Below are positions 29,265 through 38,963 of a stretch of 64,000 nucleotides of DNA, in pieces. The notes under the pieces were generated by a model. It was not told where the DNA came from, did no database searches, and worked only from the letters and a program-made list of their open reading frames with translations. Each line of letters begins with the position of its first letter. The first letter of the stretch is position 1. Both the position numbers and the translations under genes were made by a program. The stretch comes from a virus (Duplodnaviria; Heunggongvirae; Uroviricota; Caudoviricetes): IMG/VR virus record IMGVR_UViG_2660238201_000001, positions 3,579 to 67,578 of that record; one strand, given 5' to 3'.

Positions 29265-29448
29265 AATTCAGCACTGAATTAGATATCCTGAAAACGGGCG
29301 ACGCAGCCATTGATTTGCGCCAGGCCCGTGTAGATAACAATATGGCTTCCCCAGTGGTCACTAACCTGCTAACCCGCATGAATGCTAGGTTAGTGGTTAC
29401 TAATAATTGTTATTCCACCACACTCATAACGCTCTACAGAAACATCGG

Positions 29449-29661
29449 TTAGTGGATCTGCTTGAGCAAACCCCAAAGCGTTTGTGCTTTCGATGTAAGT
29501 TTCCCCGTTTCAGGATCAAACATGCGCCACTCCCGACGCTGGTGGATGATGTAACCGTCTTCGCGTTCCAGACGCTCCAGCATGTCCGGTTTTCGGAAGC
29601 CTTTCGCTCTCCAGTAGCCGCTTGTTTTCTCAATCTCAAGACCAGTCATTGTGAGAGCCAT
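29449..29661 (-). CDS. hypothetical protein (70 aa)
   Basis: Small ORF. Confidence 0.3.
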   Translation of the reverse strand: MALTMTGLEIEKTSGYWRAKGFRKPDMLERLEREDGYIIHQRREWRMFDPETGKLTSKAQTLWGLLKQIH

Positions 29662-29996
29662 TAACCAACCTCCTTACATCCGTCGAAAAAGAAACTTTGG
29701 TTTTTGCTATGAACGCCGTAGACGTCGTGGGATTTGTTGTAGATAAGCTCGTCCTCGCCAACGCCAACCAATTTACCGTTGCGTTTAGCCAGATATGGAG
29801 ATGAGAGAACATCATCGCCGCGGACGACATAGAACTGATCTCCGCTATCAACGACCAGCGCGCCGAAGTCAGCTTTAGTAGGTCTGCTGATTTGATCATT
29901 TTTCACCTGCGATACGGTCATATCGCATTGGTAAATCCGGGTATCCGCCAGCAGAGAAAAGGAGAGGGCGGCCAGCAGAAGCGTTATTTTTCTCAT
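29661..29996 (-). CDS. secreted/periplasmic hypothetical protein
   Basis: N-terminal signal peptide MRKITLLLAALSFSLLA. It is ATGA-coupled to a 57-codon membrane ORF at about 30000-30172. Confidence 0.45.
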   Translation of the reverse strand: MRKITLLLAALSFSLLADTRIYQCDMTVSQVKNDQISRPTKADFGALVVDSGDQFYVVRGDDVLSSPYLAKRNGKLVGVGEDELIYNKSHDVYGVHSKNQSFFFDGCKEVG

Positions 29997-30530
29997 ACCA
30001 CTATCCCTGTGTAGACCTGTGCTGTAGAGGTGACGACCAGCACCAGTGCGAGCATGTTCACAGTGGTTCCGTTGACAGGAGACAGAGCTTTCTTGAGTGT
30101 CCCGATCATCAGGCAGTCCAACATAAACAGTATTGAAAAGATGAGTAACAGGATATCTATGTATATCTTCATAATAGGTAAATACTAACTTATATATTTT
30201 GAGCTGTAAATGACTACGGAAGAGCGCTAAGGCCAGGGCTCGCTAAAGATGGCGAGCCCAGAGCCATTCACCATAAGCAGTGGCTAAGCATCAATTTCAG
30301 TACTGGCAGATATCCAAACTAATATTCTCATGTGTTTCTCCTTTTTGGTGTATGTACTTACTTATTATTATGATCGAGAGAAGGGGAGCAATCGTCCTGT
30401 TCAGGTGATGGCTCATCTATTAGAGCAATGACCTCGCGCAGCTGAGCGGCCCATTCAGGCTCAGGTAAGCCTTGGGCGATTTCTGCGTCGATAACATCGA
30501 GCGCGGCATTGGCCGCATCCCAGAGCCTCT

Positions 30531-31265
30531 TCACTTTGATTCTCCCTTCTCCAGCAAACTTTTAATGTCAATCTGTAGGTCGTCTGGCCCTTCGATAACG
30601 TCGGACATCCCAGCTCGCATAGCGGCGCCAGAAACATATGCCTCAATTTCCGCCTTGCCTGACGATACGATTTTATCCATCGACTCCTGCATCAGCCTGG
30701 TGGAGAAAGAAAGATTAGATGGCAAATTGGCCGTAGCTGCGCGCAAAGATGCATACACATCCTCCAGATCACGCTTCCCAGCTCTGCCCTTCTTAACCAG
30801 TTCTCCTAAACGAGCAACTTCGTCCATGATTCGTTCAATTTCTTTCGATGCCGTCGCCTCAATTTGAGACTCGAACTTGTCACGAATGCTCTTCTGTTCT
30901 GCAATATCAGGGAGACGTTCTGCATCACCTGAACTGCGGTAAGAAATTGTGCAAGGCACTCCATCGCCAACACCGAAGCTGCTGACCATTGCTGCCCACT
31001 GGGCCTGACTGAGTCGAATTTCTACGATCGGTCTGCGCTTATAGGTGCTTCTTCTAGGGGTCGGATGCTCGCGATCCATCGTCATTTCTGCTTCGTATAC
31101 ACCGATCTCAATGTATTCGTGATGTTTCAGCTCCGAATCGAATAGACGAATGCCGGTTGTATGTACCCGGCTGGTTTTGACAAGACCGAATGCCGGGTGC
31201 GACTGGATGGTTTCGCCATGTTTGTTTGTACTAGTTATCGGATTTTCAATTCTACGATTGCTCAT
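30531..31265 (-). CDS. hypothetical protein (244 aa)
   Basis: ORF. Confidence 0.45.
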   Translation of the reverse strand: MSNRRIENPITSTNKHGETIQSHPAFGLVKTSRVHTTGIRLFDSELKHHEYIEIGVYEAEMTMDREHPTPRRSTYKRRPIVEIRLSQAQWAAMVSSFGVGDGVPCTISYRSSGDAERLPDIAEQKSIRDKFESQIEATASKEIERIMDEVARLGELVKKGRAGKRDLEDVYASLRAATANLPSNLSFSTRLMQESMDKIVSSGKAEIEAYVSGAAMRAGMSDVIEGPDDLQIDIKSLLEKGESK

Positions 31266-31266
31266 A

Positions 31267-31512
31267 TCATCCTCTGTACTCGATAAACGCTAGGGGAAGC
31301 TGTTCAACGCTGTAACCGTTTTGCAGCTCCTTGGCAAAGACACGCTCAACCACTCGTTTGTCTGGGTTGAACATGTAATTTCCGGGGTGCTTCGTTTTGA
31401 ATACGTGTCCATCTTTCACCAGCCACCAGGCGTCCATGATGGCTACCCGGTAACTACGTGGCACTGTCACATTTGACTTTGGGATCGGGATTAATTCCAT
31501 ATTAGTAACCAA
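31267..31512 (-). CDS. hypothetical protein (81 aa)
   Basis: ORF with a class-2 motif upstream at 31510-31535. Confidence 0.4.
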   Translation of the reverse strand: MVTNMELIPIPKSNVTVPRSYRVAIMDAWWLVKDGHVFKTKHPGNYMFNPDKRVVERVFAKELQNGYSVEQLPLAFIEYRG

Positions 31513-31541
31513 GTTGTTTTCTTATTGGTGATAATACTCAT

Positions 31542-31567
31542 AAAAAAACGGCGTCCAATGGACGCCG
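31542..31567 (-). terminator. intrinsic terminator
   Basis: On the minus strand the hairpin cggcgtccattggacgccg is followed by TTTTTTT. Confidence 0.55.
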
Positions 31568-31582
31568 TAACTTTGTTGAGGG

Positions 31583-32413
31583 TTATTTAATAGTAATGAA
31601 AGGAGTGTTTGCGCCCTGTGTCATGTATTGAGGCAACTGACCATTCCACTTATTGATAGCTTCAAGTTCCATGACGTTAGGGTTCTGGCGTAGCGCTTCA
31701 CCGCGCAATTTGATCGCATCAGCTTCTGCTTGAGCACGTTTACGAATAGCATCAGCTTCCCCTTCCGCTTGTTCGCGTAGCATGTTTGCTTCAGCTTTAC
31801 GTTGCTCGACCTCCTGCTGGCGCTGGAGAGTTTTCTGGTTCGCGGTAACCTTGGCATTGATGGATTCAATGACAGTGTCTGGGTAGTCAGGTTTCCCTAC
31901 CCACGACAAACTCAAGACTTCTATACCTACCGGGGTCATTTCTTTCTGAATATCTTTGAGTGCATTGTCGAGCAGTGCTGCTTTTCCACCGTCAATGAAG
32001 GCATCCGTGGTCATGCGACTAGCAAGTCTGTTTAAAGAGTCGGCAATCTTCTGGCGAAGATCAGTGTCGGTAATATCATCAACACCTTTCCGATAAGTTT
32101 GGAAAACCGTGGTGACCTTGTCGCGATTGACCAAGTACGCAACACCGATTTTGTGACCAATTGCAGTACCGTCACTCATTTGAAAAGTGAAAGGTTCATC
32201 GTATGTTTTCATCTGCTTAAATGTCGGGAATACGTAGAGCTCGGTATTGATGCCCGTCCACTGACGACCCACGCCAACAACCTCCCCAATTCCCTTGTCT
32301 TCGCCTAGTTTGTTGACCTTAATGCCAACGTAACCTGGCTCTACACGATCACAACCACTAAGGACCATCGTACAAATCGCAGCCAGTACTATCGCCAATA
32401 TGCCTTTCTTCAT
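31583..32413 (-). CDS. SPFH/band-7 domain lipoprotein
   Basis: LSGC lipobox, a stomatin/prohibitin-like core and a C-terminal charged coiled-coil QRQQEVEQRKAEANMLREQAEGEADAIRKRAQAEADAIK. Confidence 0.6.
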   Translation of the reverse strand: MKKGILAIVLAAICTMVLSGCDRVEPGYVGIKVNKLGEDKGIGEVVGVGRQWTGINTELYVFPTFKQMKTYDEPFTFQMSDGTAIGHKIGVAYLVNRDKVTTVFQTYRKGVDDITDTDLRQKIADSLNRLASRMTTDAFIDGGKAALLDNALKDIQKEMTPVGIEVLSLSWVGKPDYPDTVIESINAKVTANQKTLQRQQEVEQRKAEANMLREQAEGEADAIRKRAQAEADAIKLRGEALRQNPNVMELEAINKWNGQLPQYMTQGANTPFITIK

Positions 32414-32616
32414 TACTTATTCTCCTGAGATTTTTTGAGTGAGTTGATATACCGGCGTCCTGCGATGAGACCTATAACTGGGAACCCAAAAGCCATAAAA
32501 AGGCCGATTAACAGAGCCACATCGCTTTTAGCCGAAACAAGCGAAGGGACCAGCAGTCCGTAAACAAAAGCGACTGATAACACAGTCAAAACCGCCATCA
32601 GATAACCTTTAATCAT
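32413..32616 (-). CDS. small two-helix membrane protein
   Basis: Hydrophobic 67-aa product. The start is reassigned to MIKGYL, which has an AAGGA SD. Confidence 0.4.
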   Translation of the reverse strand: MIKGYLMAVLTVLSVAFVYGLLVPSLVSAKSDVALLIGLFMAFGFPVIGLIAGRRYINSLKKSQENK

Positions 32617-32680
32617 GTGTGTCCTTACGTTGTTTTGCTTTCTCAAATGATAAGTAAGTACTTATATATTTTCAAGTATC

Positions 32681-32705
32681 AAAAAAGGCGTCCATTGGAC
32701 GCCTT
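32681..32705 (-). terminator. intrinsic terminator after recA-like gene
   Basis: On the minus strand the hairpin aaggcgtccaatggacgcctt is followed by TTTTTT. Confidence 0.55.
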
Positions 32706-32709
32706 AACG

Positions 32710-35055
32710 TTACTCGATGGTTTCTGTAGAGCCAGAAGACAGGTCTTTAGCTCGACGTTCGTCGATGGTCTGTAGCGCCGCAATGATCTCCGGAAGGGGC
32801 TTATCACGATACATATCGACGATCTGCGATTTGGTGTATTTCTTGTCGCCAATCTCTACGCGGCCGCTGGCATTTTTTGGCAGGTATCCTTCTTCGAGCA
32901 TGTGCTCAACCAGTGACTCGATAACGTCCAGACCGCGGGTCGGGTCGAAGTAGAATTTCCATGAGCATTTGCCGAATGGCGGTGCCACTTTGTTTTTGAT
33001 GCACTCGGCGCCAACGTCCTGACCGATCTTATCTTTGCCATCCTTCATGACAGAAGCGCCAAGACGAATACGTACTGAGGCGTAGAACTTCGGAGAATCA
33101 CCACCAGGGGAGGTGGTCGGATCGCCAAACATCACGCCGATTTTTGTACGAACCTGGTTAAGGAAAATAATGCAGGCATTGTACTTGCGCGCCCATAGCG
33201 CCAGCGTTGGAAAGTTGGCGCTCGTGGCGCGAGCCAGGGCCGTATTATCGTTCATGTTTAGCTGATCTTTATCCTTCGCTGTACCTTCCGCCATTTTGTC
33301 GAACTTCTCGGCTTTGGAGTTTGGCACCATTGACGCAAGGGAGTCGGCTACGATGCAAATAGGGGCGTCTGCGGGGATCAGCTCTTCGTCCCGCACCAGT
33401 TTCAGGATGGTGCCGATCAGCTCAACCGATTCTTCGAACGTGTCCGGCTGCTTATAGACCCACTGGCCGTCATCCTCATCCGCATTCAGCCCGTTTGCCA
33501 CCGCCAGACCAACGTCAAAGCTGTTTTCGTGGTCGAGGAATACAGCCAGACCCTCCTGTTTCTGAGCGGAGACCATGGCGGCCGTCGCCAGGAATGTGTT
33601 GTGGCTGATAATCCCGTTAGACCAGAAAGAGTGTGTTTCCGGCATCGCTACGTCGAACGTTGGTGCTTCACCTTCCTCAATAGCCACGACTTCGTCGTAG
33701 AACAAGTTAGAGTCAATTACCGCTGCCAGTTGTGCAAACAGATGCTCGTTAAAACGATTCTTTCTGCCAATGAAGGAGACATAGATTTCTCGCAGTTTGT
33801 CTATTCCGACACGATCGCCGCGGCCAATAACGTGATCTACCAGAACGTAGTCTTTACGAGAGGTCTTGGTGAGTGACTCGTAGAGTGATTTCACTAAGCC
33901 GCTGATGTGCGGAACGTAGCCTAAATAAGTGCGGTCAAAACTAATGTCCCGTTTGGTTGCCACTGCTAAACGAGCCGGAGACTCGAACCCAATCGTTGAC
34001 AGGAAAAGGTCGTAGTTAGAGCCACTGAATGACAGCCGGTAATATATGTTTTTATAACCTGCGACGTGTTTTTCAGAGATAGTTGACGTAATCCCCAGAT
34101 TCAGGAGCATGAGGCGAATTTGCTGTAGCAGCAGCCCACTCGCGCTCACAACCTCAATGCAGCGACCATCATTGACGTGGCATTCCAGCTCAAAGTAGCC
34201 GCGAAGGAATGCAATTTGAGCCTCGCTATTGGCGCGACGCACACTCAACGGAACCTGCTTGCCAGCAGCTTTCTCATACTCCAGACCATATTCTTTAAAA
34301 AGCAGCGAACGCACCTCTTTGCTAAACAGCACATGGTCTTCCGAGCCGTTATGTTTTCTCGTAACTGGCATCTTGTCTGATACCAGCGAAATGAGGCGGT
34401 AGTACTCATCCTTGATGAATGGATCTGTGTTAGAAAAATGCACAGAATTTTCAGAGGCCACGTATCCGTCAGCAATTAAATAGCCCATCAGTTTTGCGAT
34501 ATTGGCATCCAAGTGCTGATCGCCGAATTGATGTGTGCCAACCATTGAAGGAATCGTGTCGCCTACACTGATTTTTTCAGCATACCGCCAGACGATATTG
34601 CCTAAGTCGTCAACCACACGAATTGGGTGACGGAACGTAGCCTCGATGTAACCCCCTGATGCCAGCTTAATGCGCTTGAATTTGCGACGGTTGTTCCATG
34701 TCAGGTGTGAGGTCTTCTCTATCACGCCATTTTCATTGATGAGTCCAACGTTATGCTCTACATCGCGAGTAGTGCATGTTGCTTTGTGCCCCTCAATCTC
34801 AAACAGTTCTTTCACTGTTACCATTCCACGCTCCGTCAGCAGCATGGTGTCTGCGGTAACACATTTCCCCGCACTTGGCGGCCCAAAGATCTCAACGATA
34901 CGTCCGCTTGGGAAACCGCCGTCATAGCGCCCGGAGATGGCTTTATTCAGCGGAGGGAAGCCGGAATCAATCCAGTGTGAAACCTTTTGGATCTCGTCAT
35001 TGCTGCCGATTTTCTTTTTTAATGCCATTGCCAGTGCTGATTTTCCTTTTGCCAT
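32710..35055 (-). CDS. RecA-family recombinase (RecA/UvsX-like) precursor containing an intein
   Basis: Exteins of 64 and 295 aa together give 359 aa. They include Walker A GPPSAGK|T and the RecA-like core VFLDHENSFD. Confidence 0.8.
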   Translation of the reverse strand: MAKGKSALAMALKKKIGSNDEIQKVSHWIDSGFPPLNKAISGRYDGGFPSGRIVEIFGPPSAGKCVTADTMLLTERGMVTVKELFEIEGHKATCTTRDVEHNVGLINENGVIEKTSHLTWNNRRKFKRIKLASGGYIEATFRHPIRVVDDLGNIVWRYAEKISVGDTIPSMVGTHQFGDQHLDANIAKLMGYLIADGYVASENSVHFSNTDPFIKDEYYRLISLVSDKMPVTRKHNGSEDHVLFSKEVRSLLFKEYGLEYEKAAGKQVPLSVRRANSEAQIAFLRGYFELECHVNDGRCIEVVSASGLLLQQIRLMLLNLGITSTISEKHVAGYKNIYYRLSFSGSNYDLFLSTIGFESPARLAVATKRDISFDRTYLGYVPHISGLVKSLYESLTKTSRKDYVLVDHVIGRGDRVGIDKLREIYVSFIGRKNRFNEHLFAQLAAVIDSNLFYDEVVAIEEGEAPTFDVAMPETHSFWSNGIISHNTFLATAAMVSAQKQEGLAVFLDHENSFDVGLAVANGLNADEDDGQWVYKQPDTFEESVELIGTILKLVRDEELIPADAPICIVADSLASMVPNSKAEKFDKMAEGTAKDKDQLNMNDNTALARATSANFPTLALWARKYNACIIFLNQVRTKIGVMFGDPTTSPGGDSPKFYASVRIRLGASVMKDGKDKIGQDVGAECIKNKVAPPFGKCSWKFYFDPTRGLDVIESLVEHMLEEGYLPKNASGRVEIGDKKYTKSQIVDMYRDKPLPEIIAALQTIDERRAKDLSSGSTETIE
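33598..34863 (-). mobile_element. intein with LAGLIDADG homing-endonuclease domain (422 aa)
   Basis: It starts with Cys immediately after GPPSAGK and ends in SHN, with +1 Thr. The LAGLIDADG block LMGYLIADGY is internal. Confidence 0.75.
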
Positions 35056-35057
35056 TC

Positions 35058-35324
35058 TTAGGCTCCTTTTGTCTCGTTGATGCGTTTGGAAGCGGCGGCT
35101 TCATCAAACTTTATTGCGTCGTGGTTGAGGTGTTTGGCCATGCGGGAGAGGATCTTGACGACCTGTTCGCTAATCAGCCCGTACTCTCGTTCTGTCACGC
35201 TCATGCCGGCCGCGCCGAGAATGCGCGGTAGTGCAACAACGGCATGTTCTCCATGGAAGAAGACAATCTCCTTAGCCAGCATCGTAGGCGTGGTCGTATT
35301 GCCGTTGATGAGTGATTTCAACAT
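35058..35324 (-). CDS. hypothetical protein (88 aa)
   Basis: ORF coupled to recA. Confidence 0.4.
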   Translation of the reverse strand: MLKSLINGNTTTPTMLAKEIVFFHGEHAVVALPRILGAAGMSVTEREYGLISEQVVKILSRMAKHLNHDAIKFDEAAASKRINETKGA

Positions 35325-36319
35325 CAGCAGTACCTCTCAAAAGGCAAAACGAACACATCCAGATCTTCCAGGAATGACCGGAAGTTCAGCTCATGGCAGA
35401 GCAGTTCGAAGGCTTTCAAATCACGTGCGCCTTTTATCTTTTCAATTTCGCTGGGTGGGAACTTGGTATCGATGAGGTTCATCAGCGTCATGTTGCGTTT
35501 GAAGGCTTCCAGCATCCGGCAGCCGGTCTTCTCGTTGAAGGCATTTTTGGCCAGTTTGTTGAATGCCGTTTTGTATCGGCCTTTATTGATGACGATCGAG
35601 CCGTCGTTAATGCCGCGCACCATAGCGGCGACGCTTCCCCATTCGTGCAGCAGCTCCTTGGCGCCACCGTCACCAATCCCGCCTACACCTTTGATGTTGT
35701 CGGAGGTATCCCCTTGCAGAGCTTTGGCTTCGAGGAAAGCACGAGGAGTAGGCAGACCGATCAGCTCAGGGAACTGCTCAAAGTTCACCTGCTTGTGTTT
35801 GGCGTCTTCACGAAGGCTCACCCAGCTGACTTTTTCTCGAACCAGCTGCAGCCAGTCGCCGTCGCCGGTGAGCAGGTAGATATGATCGACCGTTGGTTGT
35901 GGCGCAAGACGACCAACCAGCATCCCCGCCAGGTCATCGGCCTCGGCGTCTTTGGCGATCAGCTGGTTGACGCCAAGGGCGGCCATCATTTTCAGGATAT
36001 AAGGCTTCTGGACTGCAAAGCCTTCTTTCATCTTCTTCATTTCCGGATCTTCATCGCGATTTGCTTTGTATTCCGGGTAATAGTCGCGACGCTTGTCGCT
36101 AAAGCCGTCCCACAGGATCATGGGGCGTGCGTGAAGAATGGACGCATAGCGACGAACGTTTTTGACGAAGCCAAACACCGCCTGAACTTCCATTTCGCCG
36201 TTATGTAATTTGTCAGATTGCTGGTGGTAATAGCCCAGGCTGTTACCATCCACTAAGAGATAATTCACCGGAAAACTCCTTCCAAAAAGTAAGGCGTCCG
36301 TAGACGCCTTAACAGTCAT
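35324..36319 (-). CDS. 5'-3' exonuclease / flap endonuclease (T4 RNase H / PolI 5'-exo family)
   Basis: LLVDGNSLGYY and YKANRDE are PIN/FEN-like motifs, followed by H3TH-like GIGDGGAKELL. Confidence 0.75.
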   Translation of the reverse strand: MTVKASTDALLFGRSFPVNYLLVDGNSLGYYHQQSDKLHNGEMEVQAVFGFVKNVRRYASILHARPMILWDGFSDKRRDYYPEYKANRDEDPEMKKMKEGFAVQKPYILKMMAALGVNQLIAKDAEADDLAGMLVGRLAPQPTVDHIYLLTGDGDWLQLVREKVSWVSLREDAKHKQVNFEQFPELIGLPTPRAFLEAKALQGDTSDNIKGVGGIGDGGAKELLHEWGSVAAMVRGINDGSIVINKGRYKTAFNKLAKNAFNEKTGCRMLEAFKRNMTLMNLIDTKFPPSEIEKIKGARDLKAFELLCHELNFRSFLEDLDVFVLPFERYC

Positions 36320-36328
36320 GGCCTGTGA

Positions 36329-37387
36329 TTAAAGCGATTCTAATTCCGCCAGCAGATCGTCAAGACCCTCATCGTCATTAGAAGTGCTGGTCGCGGCTGC
36401 AGTGGTAGTGGCGGCAGCAGCTGATGCTTTAACTTCTTCCGGCTCTGGTACGAACTCTGCCTCTGCGGCACGTAAGATCTCTTCGTCTACCAGAGATGTT
36501 TTTGCTGGTTCCGGGGTAGAGGTCGTGGCAACAGCAGCTGCACCTTCCGTATGGCCAGTGATGGTGCCAAAACCAGGCAGAGTAGCTGCGCTGGCAGCAG
36601 CTGGTGAGGAAATAGCAGCGGTGGCGGCGGCAGGTGCAGCAATACCAATGAGACGCCCCATGGTGCGAACGGTGGACAGCAGACGAGTTTCATCAGCCTG
36701 ATTGGCGTAAGCGATCAGGTCATGCTGGGTCGACCACAGTTTTTCAGGGATATCGCCCTTGTAGACTTTACGTTTTGGGGATACGTCGTACTTGGTATCG
36801 CGACCGGAGCCGGTGCGTTTGATCAGGAACGCATAGCCTTCTTCTTTGCTTAACGGGTTGCCGATATCATCTGCGATATCCTCAGACATCACTTTGCAGA
36901 TATCGTCGAACACAGTGGACGGGAGCTCAATCAGCTGACATTTTTCTGCGTCGCCAAAGTCTTCACGAGCTGAAAGTACGCCATTGACCAGGTAGCGTGG
37001 AGTAGCGCGCATTTGACCGATACGCTCTTCCATTGCCTTGTTGCCTTTGTAGCGAGCGCGACCTTCCATCACCATCTCACACAGCTGGCACGCACGATTG
37101 TGGGTGTGCTGTTCGCAGATATAGGCAGTGGTAACTTCTTTGCCCTCCTCATTCTGATGCTTAACGTAGTGCATACCGAAAGTCTGGAAGAACACACCGT
37201 TCTGATCCTCCTTGTTGGGGAAGATGCGCAGATAGTTATTACCGTCTTTCAGACGGGTTAGGTCGACGTTGTTGCCTCGTTTGGAAGCAATATCGCCGCG
37301 GGTCTTGTTAAGCAGATCAAGTAATGACTTAGACATGTATTTCTCCTTGTTGTGATTATGGCCATGGGCGCTTTGCGCTTGGGGCAT
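36329..37387 (-). CDS. single-stranded DNA-binding protein, gp32-like (putative)
   Basis: Cys/His cluster CEQHTHNRACQLC, a long Ala/Thr-rich linker and an acidic C-terminal tail DDEGLDDLLAELESL. Confidence 0.5.
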   Translation of the reverse strand: MPQAQSAHGHNHNKEKYMSKSLLDLLNKTRGDIASKRGNNVDLTRLKDGNNYLRIFPNKEDQNGVFFQTFGMHYVKHQNEEGKEVTTAYICEQHTHNRACQLCEMVMEGRARYKGNKAMEERIGQMRATPRYLVNGVLSAREDFGDAEKCQLIELPSTVFDDICKVMSEDIADDIGNPLSKEEGYAFLIKRTGSGRDTKYDVSPKRKVYKGDIPEKLWSTQHDLIAYANQADETRLLSTVRTMGRLIGIAAPAAATAAISSPAAASAATLPGFGTITGHTEGAAAVATTSTPEPAKTSLVDEEILRAAEAEFVPEPEEVKASAAAATTTAAATSTSNDDEGLDDLLAELESL

Positions 37388-37455
37388 TCGCTTGTTCGTG
37401 GCTCTTAAAAGCGTACATAATAATAGATCACTACTTACTTACTATCTATCAAAAG

Positions 37456-37886
37456 TTATCGGGTGGCGGTGAAGCGTTCGGCGCCCAGTCGTTCAATCTC
37501 TACGATAGCCATTTTCGAGGCCTGCACGATCATGTCTCTACGGTGAGAGAAGGCAGTGACAGCGTGCTTATAGATGTCAGCAATCAGACGCGCGTCATCC
37601 AGTTTTTGGCGCTTCGCAAGGTATTGTGGGCTTGTGCGAACCTTGGCTTCCAGTACCGATTCATTGAACTTTATTCCGTTCATACTCAAGTTCTTACGTT
37701 CAATGTCGTAGATTTTTGCCTCTATGGCATCGAGGGAGAGTTTAGCATCTGCAACCTCTCGTTCTGCGCGCGCTAGTCTTGCTCCGTACTCCATCAACAG
37801 CCTCGGTTGCTGCCGCCAGACCTCTTCCAGTTTGTCGCGATCGAACTCCAGATCGGTCATGATTTTTTCGTAAATTTCGGTGCTCA
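37456..37886 (-). CDS. hypothetical protein (start reassigned to MSTEIYEK)
   Basis: ORF with a motif variant gttaagtatccacttac immediately upstream. Confidence 0.4.
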
Positions 37887-37995
37887 TTTTGTTAAGTATC
37901 CACTTACTAAATTGTATCAATATTACCATGAAGAAATCAGCTGGTGGAACATGTGTCGTGAGGGTGTGGAGGGGCTTATAAATGGAGTGTGCAAA

Positions 37996-38028
37996 CAAAA
38001 AACCCGCCGTTTGGCGGGTTATATTTTG
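37996..38028. terminator. bidirectional intrinsic terminator
   Basis: The hairpin aacccgccgtttggcgggtt lies between an A-run and a T-run. Confidence 0.5.
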
Positions 38029-38033
38029 TGAAT

Positions 38034-38333
38034 TTAGTTATTTCCCAATGACCCGGCCATTGCCGCGTATTTAATCTCATCTTCTGGGATTTCGGGGTGA
38101 AGCTTGATTTGCCGAATAACATAGGCAGGGACTTCGTCGCCCCAGAGTTTCGCCGCATCTTTGCAAATCTTATAAGCTAAATCTCTATGTTCAAAAGCAT
38201 AGGCTTTACCATAGGCGTATTGTTGACAGTTGTGTACATATGCACCAAAGTCGCCATCCTTGTCTGGGAAGGCGCATCCGGAAAGTATTAGTGAGGTAGC
38301 GACGATGGCTATGCCTTTAATCGTGCGGGGCAT
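38034..38333 (-). CDS. lipoprotein (99 aa)
   Basis: Signal peptide with lipobox LSGC. Confidence 0.45.
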   Translation of the reverse strand: MPRTIKGIAIVATSLILSGCAFPDKDGDFGAYVHNCQQYAYGKAYAFEHRDLAYKICKDAAKLWGDEVPAYVIRQIKLHPEIPEDEIKYAAMAGSLGNN

Positions 38334-38343
38334 TATTTTTTCC

Positions 38344-38763
38344 TCAAAATTCAGGTTTCATCTGCTCAGGAAATTTCTTAGATGAAGCGTAATAGCTCCC
38401 AAGGGTATAAGCCTTTAACTGCTGTTCAGTGTCGACTCGACATGATGTGTTATAACAAGCACCGCTGATCATCCCATAAGCTGCAGCCTTTTTGTTTAAG
38501 TCTGCCTTTGCTTCTTCGATGCTGTTCTTGCTCATTGTCACGACGCATCCTGAAACAATCGCTTGGGCCTTGCGGTCGTCCATGTTCAAAATCACCGTGT
38601 TGGCTTCTTTACTGTATCCATTATTCTTGTAAACATCGGCAGCGAACTCACGACATTCAGTGTAGTGCGGGCTTGTTTTGACCTCATCATAATTCGGTAT
38701 CTTCATGCCAGCACAGCCAACCATGATGAAACTCATCCCCGTTATTAGCGTTTTTTTTATCAT
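38344..38763 (-). CDS. lipoprotein (139 aa)
   Basis: Signal peptide with MVGC lipobox. Confidence 0.45.
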   Translation of the reverse strand: MIKKTLITGMSFIMVGCAGMKIPNYDEVKTSPHYTECREFAADVYKNNGYSKEANTVILNMDDRKAQAIVSGCVVTMSKNSIEEAKADLNKKAAAYGMISGACYNTSCRVDTEQQLKAYTLGSYYASSKKFPEQMKPEF

Positions 38764-38963
38764 ATTCCTAACCCGAAGGCTCCGTTATGAGAGTGTGTAG
38801 TCCAGTTAAGTACCATTGTTGGTGCTACAAATATGTTCCCAAATTCACGAGAATAAACAAGAGCATCCCTTGAAAATATGTGGCTTTATGTCTCAATTCT
38901 GTTAGAACGGGGTAAATTTTACACTGATTCCAAAGAATGCCCCGCCTTATGGCGGAGCATTCT

